Shown: in pieces, positions 1-10,235 of the stretch
Layout of the letters: each line of letters begins with the position of its first letter
How positions within the stretch are numbered: position 1 is the stretch's first letter
From: Antedon mediterranea
Taxonomy: Eukaryota; Animalia; Echinodermata
Assembly (NCBI RefSeq): GCF_964355755.1
Contig: NC_092671.1
Coordinates: 19,096,001-19,160,000 of the forward strand
Direction: 5' to 3'
Length of the DNA stretch: 64,000 bases
Program-made: the position numbers and the translations under genes
Notes under the pieces: model-generated
Told to the model about the DNA's origin: nothing
Database searches by the model: none
The model's input: only the letters and a program-made list of their open reading frames with translations

Positions 1-34
1 AATATTATTAAAAAAAGATATTGTGACAAGAACG

Positions 35-615
35 TAGTATGGCACCGTACAAACAGTGCTTTACGGTACAAATTTTACTGTACGGCCCTGCACAACACTG
101 TACGTTACAAACAGTATACAGTACTGGATATATAGTAAGGTACAAACAGTACTCTACGGCAGATTACAGTATTGTAAGATAAGATACAAACAGACACGAC
201 ATGGTACATAAATACTGTACGATATGTAATAAACAGTATTAGTATTGTAGGGCAAGGTACAAAAAGTACTGTACGGAACGGTACAAACAGTAGTGTATAC
301 GGAATAAATAAGCAGTATTATTTTGTTAAGGCAAGGTACAAACAGTACTGTACGGCACTGTCAGTACTGTACGACAATTAGGCCTACAAACAATATTTTA
401 AGGCAAGTACGAACAGCACTGAACTGCATGGTACGGTACAATCAGTACTACTGCACGGTACGGTACAAAAAGTACTGTTATGTACAGTACAAACAGTAGG
501 CCTACTGTCCGACACGTTGCAAACAGTACTGCCCGGCATTGTAATGCAAGGTACAAACAGTGGCTCAGTACGGTACAAACAGTATTGTCCGGCACTTTAC
601 AAACAGTATTGCTTC
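35..615. repeat. Degenerate ~23-bp minisatellite (GGTACAAACAGTACTGTACGGCA)
   Basis: Many diverged copies of TACAAACAGTA(C/T)TGTA. Confidence 0.85.
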
Positions 616-681
616 GCTCGCGTACCATCTAGGTCGTGCCCACAGATGGTTCTCGAATACACCGTAATTTCAGCGTAACTA

Positions 682-848
682 AAGCCTAGTTCCCACTAGA
701 ACGTAACGCAAGGACGTAAACGCAACGCAAGCGTTTTAACCAATGACAAGCGAAGTTATAGACAGCGAATAAGCCATCGCTTGTGATTGGTCAATTCACT
801 TACGTTGCGTTACATTCTTGTGTTGCGTCGCTAGTGGGAACCACGCTT
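682..848. mobile_element. Short palindromic MITE
   Basis: AAGCCTAGTTCCCACTAG..CGTAACGCAAG at left versus CTTACGTTGCG..CTAGTGGGAACCACGCTT at right; flanked by TA on both sides. Confidence 0.75.
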
Positions 849-1854
849 TACTAACTAAAATGTACGTAACGTACAGTAGGACTATTAATACATTGTCGTT
901 TACAGAAACGAATAAATAGACACGATGATTTATGTAAAATTAGCACACCGGAATTACTTCCAAAAGAGAAACTTTTCACGACACATGAGTTTAAATGTTT
1001 GATTTGGACTCATTTAAACAAACCCAATTTGTGTTTTGTATATAACTTTAGGGTTGAAGGATGGGGAAGAGAATGTGTACAAAGAGGAACAGTTTTAAAA
1101 TATATTCTTTATCCACTCAGCAACGAAATATTTTTTCATGTTTTATACATCGATTTACTTTGTTAAAACTGGCACTGTCATAGTCACTTGAAATAGTAAA
1201 GTACATGTAACGATACACCACTACGACGTTTATGTTTTGTTATAATTATTAATTGAAAAGCAACTGTCAGTATTGTCAAAGTATTGCAATAGGTTTTAAG
1301 TTTATTCTTCAAGGGCTCATACATTTACCTACCGTTACCTACTGAATGTTCCATTCATCACAAATCAATACATTTGTCTAAACGTATATATTAAATATAG
1401 TATAAAAATAGTATTTTTAAAATAGTATTTTTTTTAAAAGAAAATCGGCCTGTATTCAACATTATGATGCTGTACTCGAGCTGTTCAACCGGTTTTTAGC
1501 TATTAAAAGCAATTATCGTAGGAGGATAAAGGTAATGCGAAGCATCTTCGTATTATTGTGTGCGGGTATTTTTCAAGATGGACATCCAGTAGACAGTGTA
1601 TACCACGATTGGAAAACACCCCTATTTGGGGTAAATCGTTGAACCTAAATTCGTTTTAATTGTCAATAACTAATTATCTAACTCAATTTAATTAGTAAAC
1701 AGCATTACATCCGGTGGTTGAAATCAGTACTGAAAGTATGAAACAACTTTATATAGCCTACCGAGTAAACATTCTAGAAGTAACGTGCGATTTATCGAAT
1801 TTTGCCCTTACGTAAATTTATATATAGTGGGTGACACACACCCAAGCAATTATT

Positions 1855-2195
1855 AGGCAAACAGTAGGCCTACTCTACAGTATGGTCAAAACAGTATTGT
1901 AAAGCAATGCACAAATAGTGTACGGTATTACTGTATTGCACGCTACAAACAGTACTGTACTGTATGGCATGGTACAAACATGATACTGTACGGTACGGTA
2001 CAAACAGTATTTGAAGGTACCGTACGGCACAAATAATATTGTACGGACGGCACAAATAAATAAATAAACAGTAGGCCTACTGTACAAGTATTATAGCACG
2101 GTACAAACAGTACTGTAGGGCACGTTACAAACATTATTTAAATGCACGGCACAAATAGTATTGTACGGTATTACTGTAGGCCTATGCTACTACAA
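1855..2195. repeat. Second block of the same ~23-bp minisatellite
   Basis: Repeated ACAAACAGTA(C/T)TGTA..GGCAC/GGTAC units, same consensus as 35-615. Confidence 0.85.
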
Positions 2196-2335
2196 TATTG
2201 TTATCATACACGAATCATATTGTTTTAGTATGCCTAACACAGTCAAATATACTATTTGTAAGTCAATATCCGAAGGAGTGAATTAAATGAACACATTTGA
2301 GGATGGGGTTAACGAAAAACATAATTTTTACTTAC

Positions 2336-2409
2336 TCCTGAATACATGTAAACTTGTCGAGTGGAATGTTTTTTCTCCATATTTCCTAAAAGTAGCTGAA
2401 CAATAGGAC
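2336..2409 (-). CDS. Acid phosphatase exon 7 (gene continues left of the window)
   Basis: Acceptor TTCATAAG/ in phase 1; (G)PIVQLLLGNMEKKHSTRQVYMYSG; donor /GTAAGT. It ends at YSG, immediately before the expected catalytic HD, and no HD exon was found in 1-2335. Confidence 0.85.
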
Positions 2410-2921
2410 CTTATGAACAAACAAAAAAGATACCGGTCATAAATGCAACGATGCCTCCATGAACGAAGTAGCGTTGTATAGTAACATTTTTTAAACTGTT
2501 ATGCATGTGGTTTTCAATGTGTTAATATTTGGGTATACAGGATCGTTTTCAGTCCAGAGCCCTGTAGTTAAAGTAGCGTGTTTGTCATAATGTATACATA
2601 ACATTACCATTTAAATAAAGTGACACAAAGGGACTAATGAATCTATGTTATGACAGAACGTGAAATGTGTTACTCAGTGACCCTTTTAACTCCGCCTTCA
2701 TTCGGCTATGACAGAAGTACGGCAAATTTTTTTTGGCAAAATTTGTTTTTTTAGACTACATTCGTTAATTCTCGTATATATGTTATGGTTATATCCTGTA
2801 GAATTAAAGGCATCTATATATGATAAGGTAGCTATAATATGCCAATATTTGATACGACGAAGCTGGTGCTTATTGGACGCGTAACGGTTAGAGTTGAATA
2901 TTAAAACAGAAATAAACTTAC

Positions 2922-3048
2922 CACCCTTCAACCTACAGATGTCTATATTGCCATCAAATAAAAAGTGTAAATAATGCACAGCAATTTCAGAGGATTTAGC
3001 AATTATTTCATCGGTTATCCACTGAGGTTGAGTGAGGTTATGCGAAAT
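2922..3048 (-). CDS. Acid phosphatase exon 6
   Basis: Lies within ORF 2698..3114. Acceptor CATACAG/; ISHNLTQPQWITDE..DICRLKG(G); donor /GTAAGT in phase 1. Contains the LxxPxW and RLxGG family motifs. Confidence 0.85.
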
Positions 3049-3501
3049 CTGTATGTTACAAAAGAGGCGTACATTGATCATAAAAATGTTACCGGTATTT
3101 AAAGGTACCGACACTATTTGTTCATGCTATAGTGGCTAGCATCAAACCATATTAAATTATCACGTTTCAAATGAATTAAACAACATTCTAAATATTCTGT
3201 TATATTGTAGGCCCTATTTCAATAATCATGGCGATCTGCATTTTCACCATCTCAGGTTTGCTTATATTCTACCCTATATAAAGTATTATATTATTTATAT
3301 TATTTAGGCAGCCTTATGATGTAGATTTCCTTTTTTTAATAATGAGAAATATTCACTACCGTATCAATTATTTTTTTTATTCATTTATCAATAATCCATC
3401 ATTATTTTCGAGGTGTTTGTCTTTAATAAATCATTAAAAGTAGGCTATAGCGCACCAGATGCTATTTTTTAATTTGCATACATTCGATAAAATATATTTA
3501 C

Positions 3502-3603
3502 CTCTATTGTGATTGCATCATTAAAGTCATAGCATTTACTAGCCATACGACTTAAAGAGCTATAGTTGTATTCTGCTTCTTCGTTTATGTATTTCAAAAA
3601 CTC
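3502..3603 (-). CDS. Acid phosphatase exon 5
   Basis: Acceptor TTTTGTAG/; EFLKYINEEAEYNYSSLSRMASKCYDFNDAITIE; donor /GTAAAT. The ending D...IE corresponds to the family DTLxCE motif. Confidence 0.8.
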
Positions 3604-3904
3604 CTACAAAACAGAAGAAAACAGTTTTTGAATTAATTTTCTTCCCTTTCACAAATCTTTTAATTTACTTATAGGGAGAGCGACGATATAGCTATAACTT
3701 TTGAAGAACATGTTTTAAAATGCTTATTTTGTTTTTATTGAATGAATACAGTGTAGGCCTATATCAATGTAAAAGGAATGAAAAAATGTGAACATTTTAT
3801 TTTTTGTTACTACTACCCAGACTTAGCCTAGAGGCCTACTAATTAAAAAAAAAATAAACGGAAAATACAGATAATAAATAAATTTAGAAGAAATCTACAC
3901 TTAC

Positions 3905-4000
3905 TTGATTGTCATTTACAAACTGTTTATATTCAGACGATTGTCTAACCTTTTCAAACAGTTTCTTATAATAACTGCACACATAGGTGACTGGAAATAG
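3905..4000 (-). CDS. Acid phosphatase exon 4
   Basis: Acceptor TTTTCGTTGCAG/; LFPVTYVCSYYKKLFEKVRQSSEYKQFVNDNQ; donor /GTAAGT. Matches the L..P...CPRY..L helix region of ACP2/ACP3-type enzymes. Confidence 0.82.
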
Positions 4001-5743
4001 CTGCAACGAAAAATCAAAATGTCAACAAAATTGCACAGAATCACAACTTCGCTACCGTGCAATTTGTATGGACAGACGTGGTTAACGGGATTCGGCCCTT
4101 CATTGTTGTTCTCGGCCTCGGAAAGGATAGGCCTATACATCTTAAAATTGGCAAAAGTATCCAGAAAGAAGAGTATTCGCAATAATACATTTACTAGCAG
4201 TATACTGCAAAGCTGCAATCACTTTAGAATTTGCTATAATCGCTGACCTCAAAATAAACATCTGTTCACACACAACATGTATATTTTTCCTTCAATTCAA
4301 ATTGGGGAAGCGAAGCTGGTAATGGATAAAAATGAAATACACATTTTTAAAAAGAAGCCCAAGAGCTTGTAATAATGAAATGCAATTTGAAATGGTCACA
4401 CATTTATTTTTTAATATAGGGCCTACATTTAAGAGCCATAAGGTAATGTGTAGATTATGAAAAGACTGTGTACACTAACAAATCTTGCAAAACGTTTGCT
4501 TGCAACCTTCGAGTTAGCCACTGTTAAAGACATGTTATATAGTGTCTGTCTACTCAGTTGATGTTATATAAAGACATTGATTCATATGCAGGTTCAAATG
4601 ACTAAAATCTGACTTGCCAAGTTCACGAGAAACTTCGGCCTCTAACGTCTGCAAACTAGTATTCTATTCCATAGTTTGTCAACTGAGTTACTAACTTTGC
4701 CTGCCAAACTCGGAGTGTGTAAAGTATGTAGTGTATACCAGGGTTTGATAATTAAAAATAAAAGTAATTTCTTCCTAATCAATTAATTAATTATCTTCAT
4801 ACTTGTTTTCTTTTTTTTCTAGGAACGTTGCCTTGGACATTTATTATATTATATACAATAAAATAAACTTATGTGTGTGTTAAATAATGCTTTCTCTTTT
4901 TATAAGCAACGTAAATGAATGTAGAAAGATTAAAATATATATTAGGGTTTTTTTTTTTTGCTTGACATTAACAAAATAATATGTTCAACTGTTAGAATCG
5001 TTTACCACGTCATATAAAAATATTTTCAACCATAACATGTTTTAAAAGGCAATAAAGAAATACTTAAGGAACCGTATGGAAATTTTGTAATTAGGCCTAA
5101 ATAATATTTTTGTATTTAAATGATGACAATGTTATAAATATATCATATATAAAAATAATTTTGTAATTTATTCGTATTTAAATAGTACATTTATATATTT
5201 TAATTTTCTAGTGCAAAATATAGGTTTTATAAGTAGTATTTTTATATAATAGGCCTATTAAATTGTTTGTGTTGACAAATGTCATATTTTGATTATAATT
5301 TGTTGTGCCTTTGTGATTTTGTTGAGAAATGACATATGACAGAGCAATAAATATTACAAACATCAAACAGATGGAAGTAATTGTTTCTTAAATTATTTTG
5401 GAAATTTTAACTGGTTTTCTACTCAATTATTTTTTTTTTCTTGTCCATCGTCCTTTTCAATTTTGAGGTCAATAACATCTAATCTAAACTTAGTTATAAT
5501 TTGTTTTTATTTTAAATTCTTAATATATCATGTTAAATTTTTTTTAAACATTAAATCTACAAATGAACCAACTTTATTTGAAAAAAAAAATGTCTTTCAG
5601 TATCTCTTAGACGTAATTTAAACTTTGTTATAAAACTCTATTTATCATGAACGTTGTGCAACCCAAATATAATCATAAGCCATTAAAAAAAACAAGATTC
5701 TTACACTTGCATACTGTAGTCCAACTATTCTCATTTCTCTCTA

Positions 5744-8382
5744 TTTTTAGTCGCGTGGAAGCGACTCTATAGTTCACTATGTCGGTCGGTTGGTCGGTCT
5801 GTCTGTCTGTCTGTCGGTCTGTCTGTCTGTCTGTCGGTCCGGTATCACTATGCGTTTTATCGCTTTCTGACCTTATCTTGATATCAGTTTAATCTAGCTA
5901 GGTCAATTTTTCACAGTATATTCCTTATGGCCAGGAATCAATGTGGTTATGTTTTCACGGTGCGCAATAAAAAATTACGCGGTCTACGCACGATTTAACG
6001 AAATCACGTTTGTAATCATATCTTCACAACCATGAATCACAATTAAATAAAATTTGGTACTCATAAATTTCAGGGCATAAATCATCATATGGCAATACAA
6101 TTACGTGCGTAGCGCATGTAACGCATGCGTACGCGCGCTTAAAATTTTCAAAATTTATTTTCGATGAAATAAGAGTACATTTCAGGCAATTTTAAGCGTT
6201 TACAAAATTGCCATGAGTGCGCATATTTTTGCGCGCGCACTGCGCGTTAAATGTTATTGCGCACTCTTTTTGCTCGATTTCTGTTTTCCTGACTTACTTT
6301 TCAACTCGAAATTACGTTATACGAGCACGTCGAAAGTGACAGGCTACGCACGTGTAAATTAAAAATATATAAATGTTTTTAAACATTTCAACATTTTTAA
6401 ACATGTTTTTTTTTCTCTTTTGCGGTTAACCACCACCTTTATTAATTCTTTCATACAAATTTCGTTCATACATTAAATTTCTGTTTTCTACTTTTTTCGT
6501 TATTTTCTGATTTTTTCTCTTTTAACCTTTATACATATAGTGGTTTGATTATATGCATACAAAAACTGTACATCTTAAAATACAAAAATGGATGCCACTT
6601 ATAAGTTACAACATGCCTAGTGTATTCATATCTTTTAAAATATATTTAAACTGAATCCAGGGATTCTGGCATACAGGTTTTTTAAGTTCAGTTTTAATTT
6701 TAATTATGTATATGACGTACACAGCTATTGAATACAATTGGTTTTTTAATTGACATTTACTTCCTAACAGGAGTTCTTTGAACGAGCTACTGCTGTTATC
6801 TAGCTTTTTAAATATATTGTCAATTTTTTCCCACATTATTTGATTACGTCTACAATAATAAAACATGTTTTTCGTCTTCTATAACTCCACAATTGTTACA
6901 TATGTTATTATTTTTCAGTTTCCAGTTATACAGTTTTAGATTTGTAGGTACAACTCTATTTAGTAATTTGTAATTCAATTGGGCAAATTTCTTAATTTTT
7001 TCGTTTTTCACTTTTCTTTTCCAGACATCACACCACTTGATATCTTCATTAAATATGTTATTCCATTTAAGTATGCTTTTCGGGGGAATAAAGACATTAT
7101 TAACAAAGTTAGAATAAACATCTTTTGTTGTCATCTTAATTATATTGTTGATATTGTATTCTAGATTCACATTCATATATTGGTTCATATTTGGCATATT
7201 ATGTTTAATTATACTTAACCACTCTTTTGGAATAGCTCTGGTTAGAGAAACATATTCAGCTATCCAGTTTTTCTTAATACGTAATTGTTTAATTATTTCT
7301 ATAGGTTTCATTAGACGATTGAAAATAATTATATCTCCAATTTGATTAAAACCTGCATCTATCCAGTTCTTAAAGAATAGTGGTTTGTTTCTATATTTAA
7401 TATCATTATTACCCCATAAGTTTTGCTTTATCACTTCTTCATACTCGTTAATTGTACCTTCATTATTCATATTATTAAATTCAACACAACACTTTAGAAC
7501 ATTATAATAAAAAGATGGTATATTATCTAAGCCCATGTTATTTTGAAAATTGATATTTGACATACTTAAAATTAGTTGTTCGGTTCCAAATTTGTTAAAA
7601 TAGTATAGTGGTAAGATTTTCCATCTTACGTGTTTTCTACACAGTAATTTTCTTGCCCATATCATTTTCAGAGAGTTTATGTGTAATGCGAAATCAGGCA
7701 TACCTATGCCCCCTTTAATCATTTTACCGATTAAAGTTTTTCTTTTTATTTTTTCTGTTTTTCCATTCCATAAAAAGTTATATATCAATTTATTTATTTT
7801 AAAAATAACATCATCTGGTACATCAATTATACATGAATTGTATGTTAGTTTAGACAAAGCTAAACTTTTTAAAATGGTAACTTTGCCAAAAAAGGTTAGG
7901 TTTCTTCCTTTCCATCTATTGAGTAGCATTTCTAAGTTTGCCACCTTACTATCCCAATTTAATTCACTGCATTTGTTCTCATTATATCCCACATAAATAT
8001 CCAAAATCTTAATTGGTTCATTAACCCAATTTAGACGGCATGGTTTTTCAATTTTGTTTACATTTTTGCCAATCCATATAGCGTTGGTTTTTTTTTTATT
8101 TAAAGTCATACCAGACGCTTTACCAAACTTATTAACAATGTTTAAACCAATCTCTATACTTTTTTCATTTCCCACAAAGAGTACAGTGTCATCTGCCAGA
8201 TGCGCAATGCGAACTTCCTCACCATTATCATTGTTAGATAAACATGTTCAGTAATTTCGGTCAGTATAGTTCACTATGTCGGTCGGTCGGTCTGTCTGTC
8301 TGTCTGTCTGTCGGTCTGTCTGTCGGTCTGTCGGGTATCACTATGCATTGTAGCACGCGACTTAATGGCTGTTGGCCTTGTT
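5744..8382 (+). mobile_element. DINE-1/HINE-like (Helentron-type non-autonomous rolling-circle) element, interrupted by the LINE
   Basis: T-run start, subterminal IRs AGTCGCGTG..CACGCGACT, a partial IR next to the 5' subTIR, (GTCG/GTCT)n microsatellite, short 3' GGC..GCC stem then TTGTT, and no TSD. The TATAGTTCACTATGTCGG..GGTATCACTATGC block is repeated at both ends. Confidence 0.7.
6408..8238 (-). mobile_element. 5'-truncated non-LTR retrotransposon (Tx1/L1-like ORF2: end of RT plus C-terminal CCHC zinc knuckle)
   Basis: Starts at VRIAHLADDTVLF (RT catalytic xADD), then KASGMTLNKKKT, RWKGRNLTFFGKVTILKSLALSKLTY and GGIGMPDF. The motif CNNCGVIEDEKH/MFYYC is split by one frameshift near 6866. 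There is an A-rich tail and a TSD TAAACATGTT at 6398-6407 and 8239-8248. Confidence 0.92.
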
Positions 8383-8505
8383 CTAATTAGTAAACACTTT
8401 GAAAGAAATATACTTGTGTCGGTTTGAATAATATATAAACAATAACTAATAATATACACATACACTGCCATTATATTGAGAAATAAATAAAGCTTTCCTA
8501 CTTAC

Positions 8506-8718
8506 AATGTCGTCTCCTTCGGGTACATAGATATCATTGAGCCATCGGTTGGTTTCGTTTGGATACAAGCCCTTCAATGTCCAGTTAGCTGAATCAATAG
8601 TTCGATCAAAATCAGTAGATCGAACATATATTTGATTTTCATTGAAACTTTGGTCAAGAAAGAAATCGTATTTATTTCTTAGAAAAGTTCCCAATTTATA
8701 CATTTCACGTTGACCTTT
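8506..8718 (-). CDS. Acid phosphatase exon 3
   Basis: Lies within ORF 8446..8757. Acceptor TTTTTCAG/; KGQREMYKLGTFLRNKY..IYVRSTDFDRTIDSA..GLYP..PEGDDI; donor /GTAAGT. 213 nt, phase 0-0. Confidence 0.93.
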
Positions 8719-9068
8719 CTGAAAAAGTAATATTATTTGCATAAAAATACAAACCATTGTTTAAACGTATTAACTGTATTAGTCAAGTGAAACAAATTAA
8801 AACATTCAAGGTAATATTATTAGCTATAGATTAAAAACACAAATGCAAATAATGTATGTTTTGCATTCGTTGAATTGCAAGAATTTCTGATTTTTCTTTA
8901 ATATGACGTTGGTATTGCGCTCTCTAAATATAATCATTAAGCATTATTAGTTTTCTAGTTAAATTGATGGTTTATTCCAAAAGTCTACAATAATTACATA
9001 TCTTAGCAGCCGAAGTTCATTCGATACCAATCATCCTCATATATACGAAACAGTACTGTCTGCAGATT

Positions 9069-9109
<41 letters not shown>

Positions 9110-9174
9110 GAAACGATAAGATGAGGAAATCTGTGAGAATCTATTTAATTATATTTAAAAATATATATACTTAC

Positions 9175-9270
9175 ATAGGTTAGCTGTCCAAGACCTTGAC
9201 TCCATTTTTCCGGTCCGTAGGCATCACTGGGATATGGTCTGACTGGTGTTCTTTTACCATGCCTGAATAC
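9175..9270 (-). CDS. Acid phosphatase exon 2 (catalytic RHGxRxP motif)
   Basis: Acceptor ..TTGAAG/; VFRHGKRTPVRPYPSDAYGPEKWSQGLGQLTY; donor /GTAAGT. RHGxRxP and WxxGxGQLT are family hallmarks. Confidence 0.93.
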
Positions 9271-9340
9271 CTTCAACAAAATTAACAAGGCACAATGAAC
9301 ATAGTATATCTAAGAAGGGTGTTTTGAGTCCCATTATTAA

Positions 9341-9799
9341 TAGGTCTCATTCTAATTAAAGACAACTTTTGGGACCCAGATTTTAGTACGGTGTTTAGTA
9401 GCTTTGGTTACTAGTGATCTTTAAATTCCTCTCTTACGGGAAATTAAACATCAGAATGGGATTATCGTTCTTCTCCAAAGACTGAGGATAAATTTAATCG
9501 GGTTGAGTTGTCTGTTGTCAGTGTTTCCTTCAAATTGTCAATGCATTAAGTTCAAAAGTTAATTTTAAAGAAAATGTTTAGTTCCTTAGTTCGGGACATT
9601 CCAGAACTTATATGACTAGATTCCTCTATAACTTCGTATCTACCATTGTGACAGCTCTCTCGGTTATGTAGGTCTACCAAAATCGTGGCCTTTAGTCTCT
9701 AACTAGAAGGAGTCTTTAATGGGAGGAAAGAGAAAATGTTAAAAGATAGGCGATCATCCGTGGCGTCGATAAAGCGGTCTTTAAATGGAGGGAGACCTG
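9341..9799. mobile_element. Tc1/mariner-pogo-type MITE (degenerate) in acid phosphatase intron 1
   Basis: Left TAGGTCTCATTCTAATTAAAGAC versus reverse complement of the right end CAGGTCTCCCTCCATTTAAAGAC; the right end is followed by TA. Confidence 0.55.
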
Positions 9800-9868
9800 T
9801 AATTAAAAAGCAATTTCTTTTCCCCTACAATTTTTAATGTCTCTTTTTCAATACTACAGGGTGATAAA

Positions 9869-9963
9869 AACAAGGCAATATAGATGGCTGCAGTCGCGTG
9901 CTCAAGTTAGTGTTTACCGACCGACCGACCGACATAGTGAGCTGTAGAGTCGCGTGCAACACG
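9869..9963 (-). mobile_element. Mini DINE-1/HINE-like element (same family as 5744-8382)
   Basis: Reverse strand reads ..CACGCGACTCTACAGCTCACTATGTCGGTCGGTCGGTCGG..GAGCACGCGACT..GCCTTGTT. Confidence 0.65.
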
Positions 9964-10112
9964 TTGGTATAGAGTTAACCGATCACACATGAGAACTTTG
10001 GATAACTGGGATCGGAAACATATGATTTAGTTCCGCCATGGTATAAATCCGTTCTATGCAGGCTTAACTCTAGCGAGTATGGAAACAAAGCCTAGACCTA
10101 TAAATTACTTAC

Positions 10113-10235
10113 CAGATTAACCATATGAAGTTTGAGGTTCTCTTCGTTTATGTTGGTACCGTCTGATTCTACCAAAGTCATACATAGTAGATTTAACAAA
10201 ATTACAATCTGCAGGTATATCCTAAACCCGTCCAT
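10113..10235 (-). CDS. Histidine acid phosphatase (lysosomal/prostatic-type), coding exon 1 with signal peptide
   Basis: ATG at 10235 reads MDGFRIYLQIVILLNLLCMTLVESDGTNINEENLKLHMVNL (hydrophobic signal peptide), then donor CTG/GTAAGT in phase 0. It joins exon 2 to give ..HMVNL-VFRHG.., the usual N-terminus of clade-2 histidine phosphatases. Confidence 0.88.

Noticed and set aside
1420-1475. Candidate HD-bearing phosphatase exon (TACAG/CAT CAT..)
   Set aside because: It reads HHNVEYRP into low-complexity AT sequence and does not resemble the HDxT..L..AL consensus.
384-2134. Cys/Thr/Val-rich short ORFs
   Set aside because: These are translations of the degenerate 23-bp minisatellite in several frames.
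3916-4218. 100-aa ORF as an independent gene
   Set aside because: It overlaps acid phosphatase exon 4 in a different frame and has no recognisable motif.
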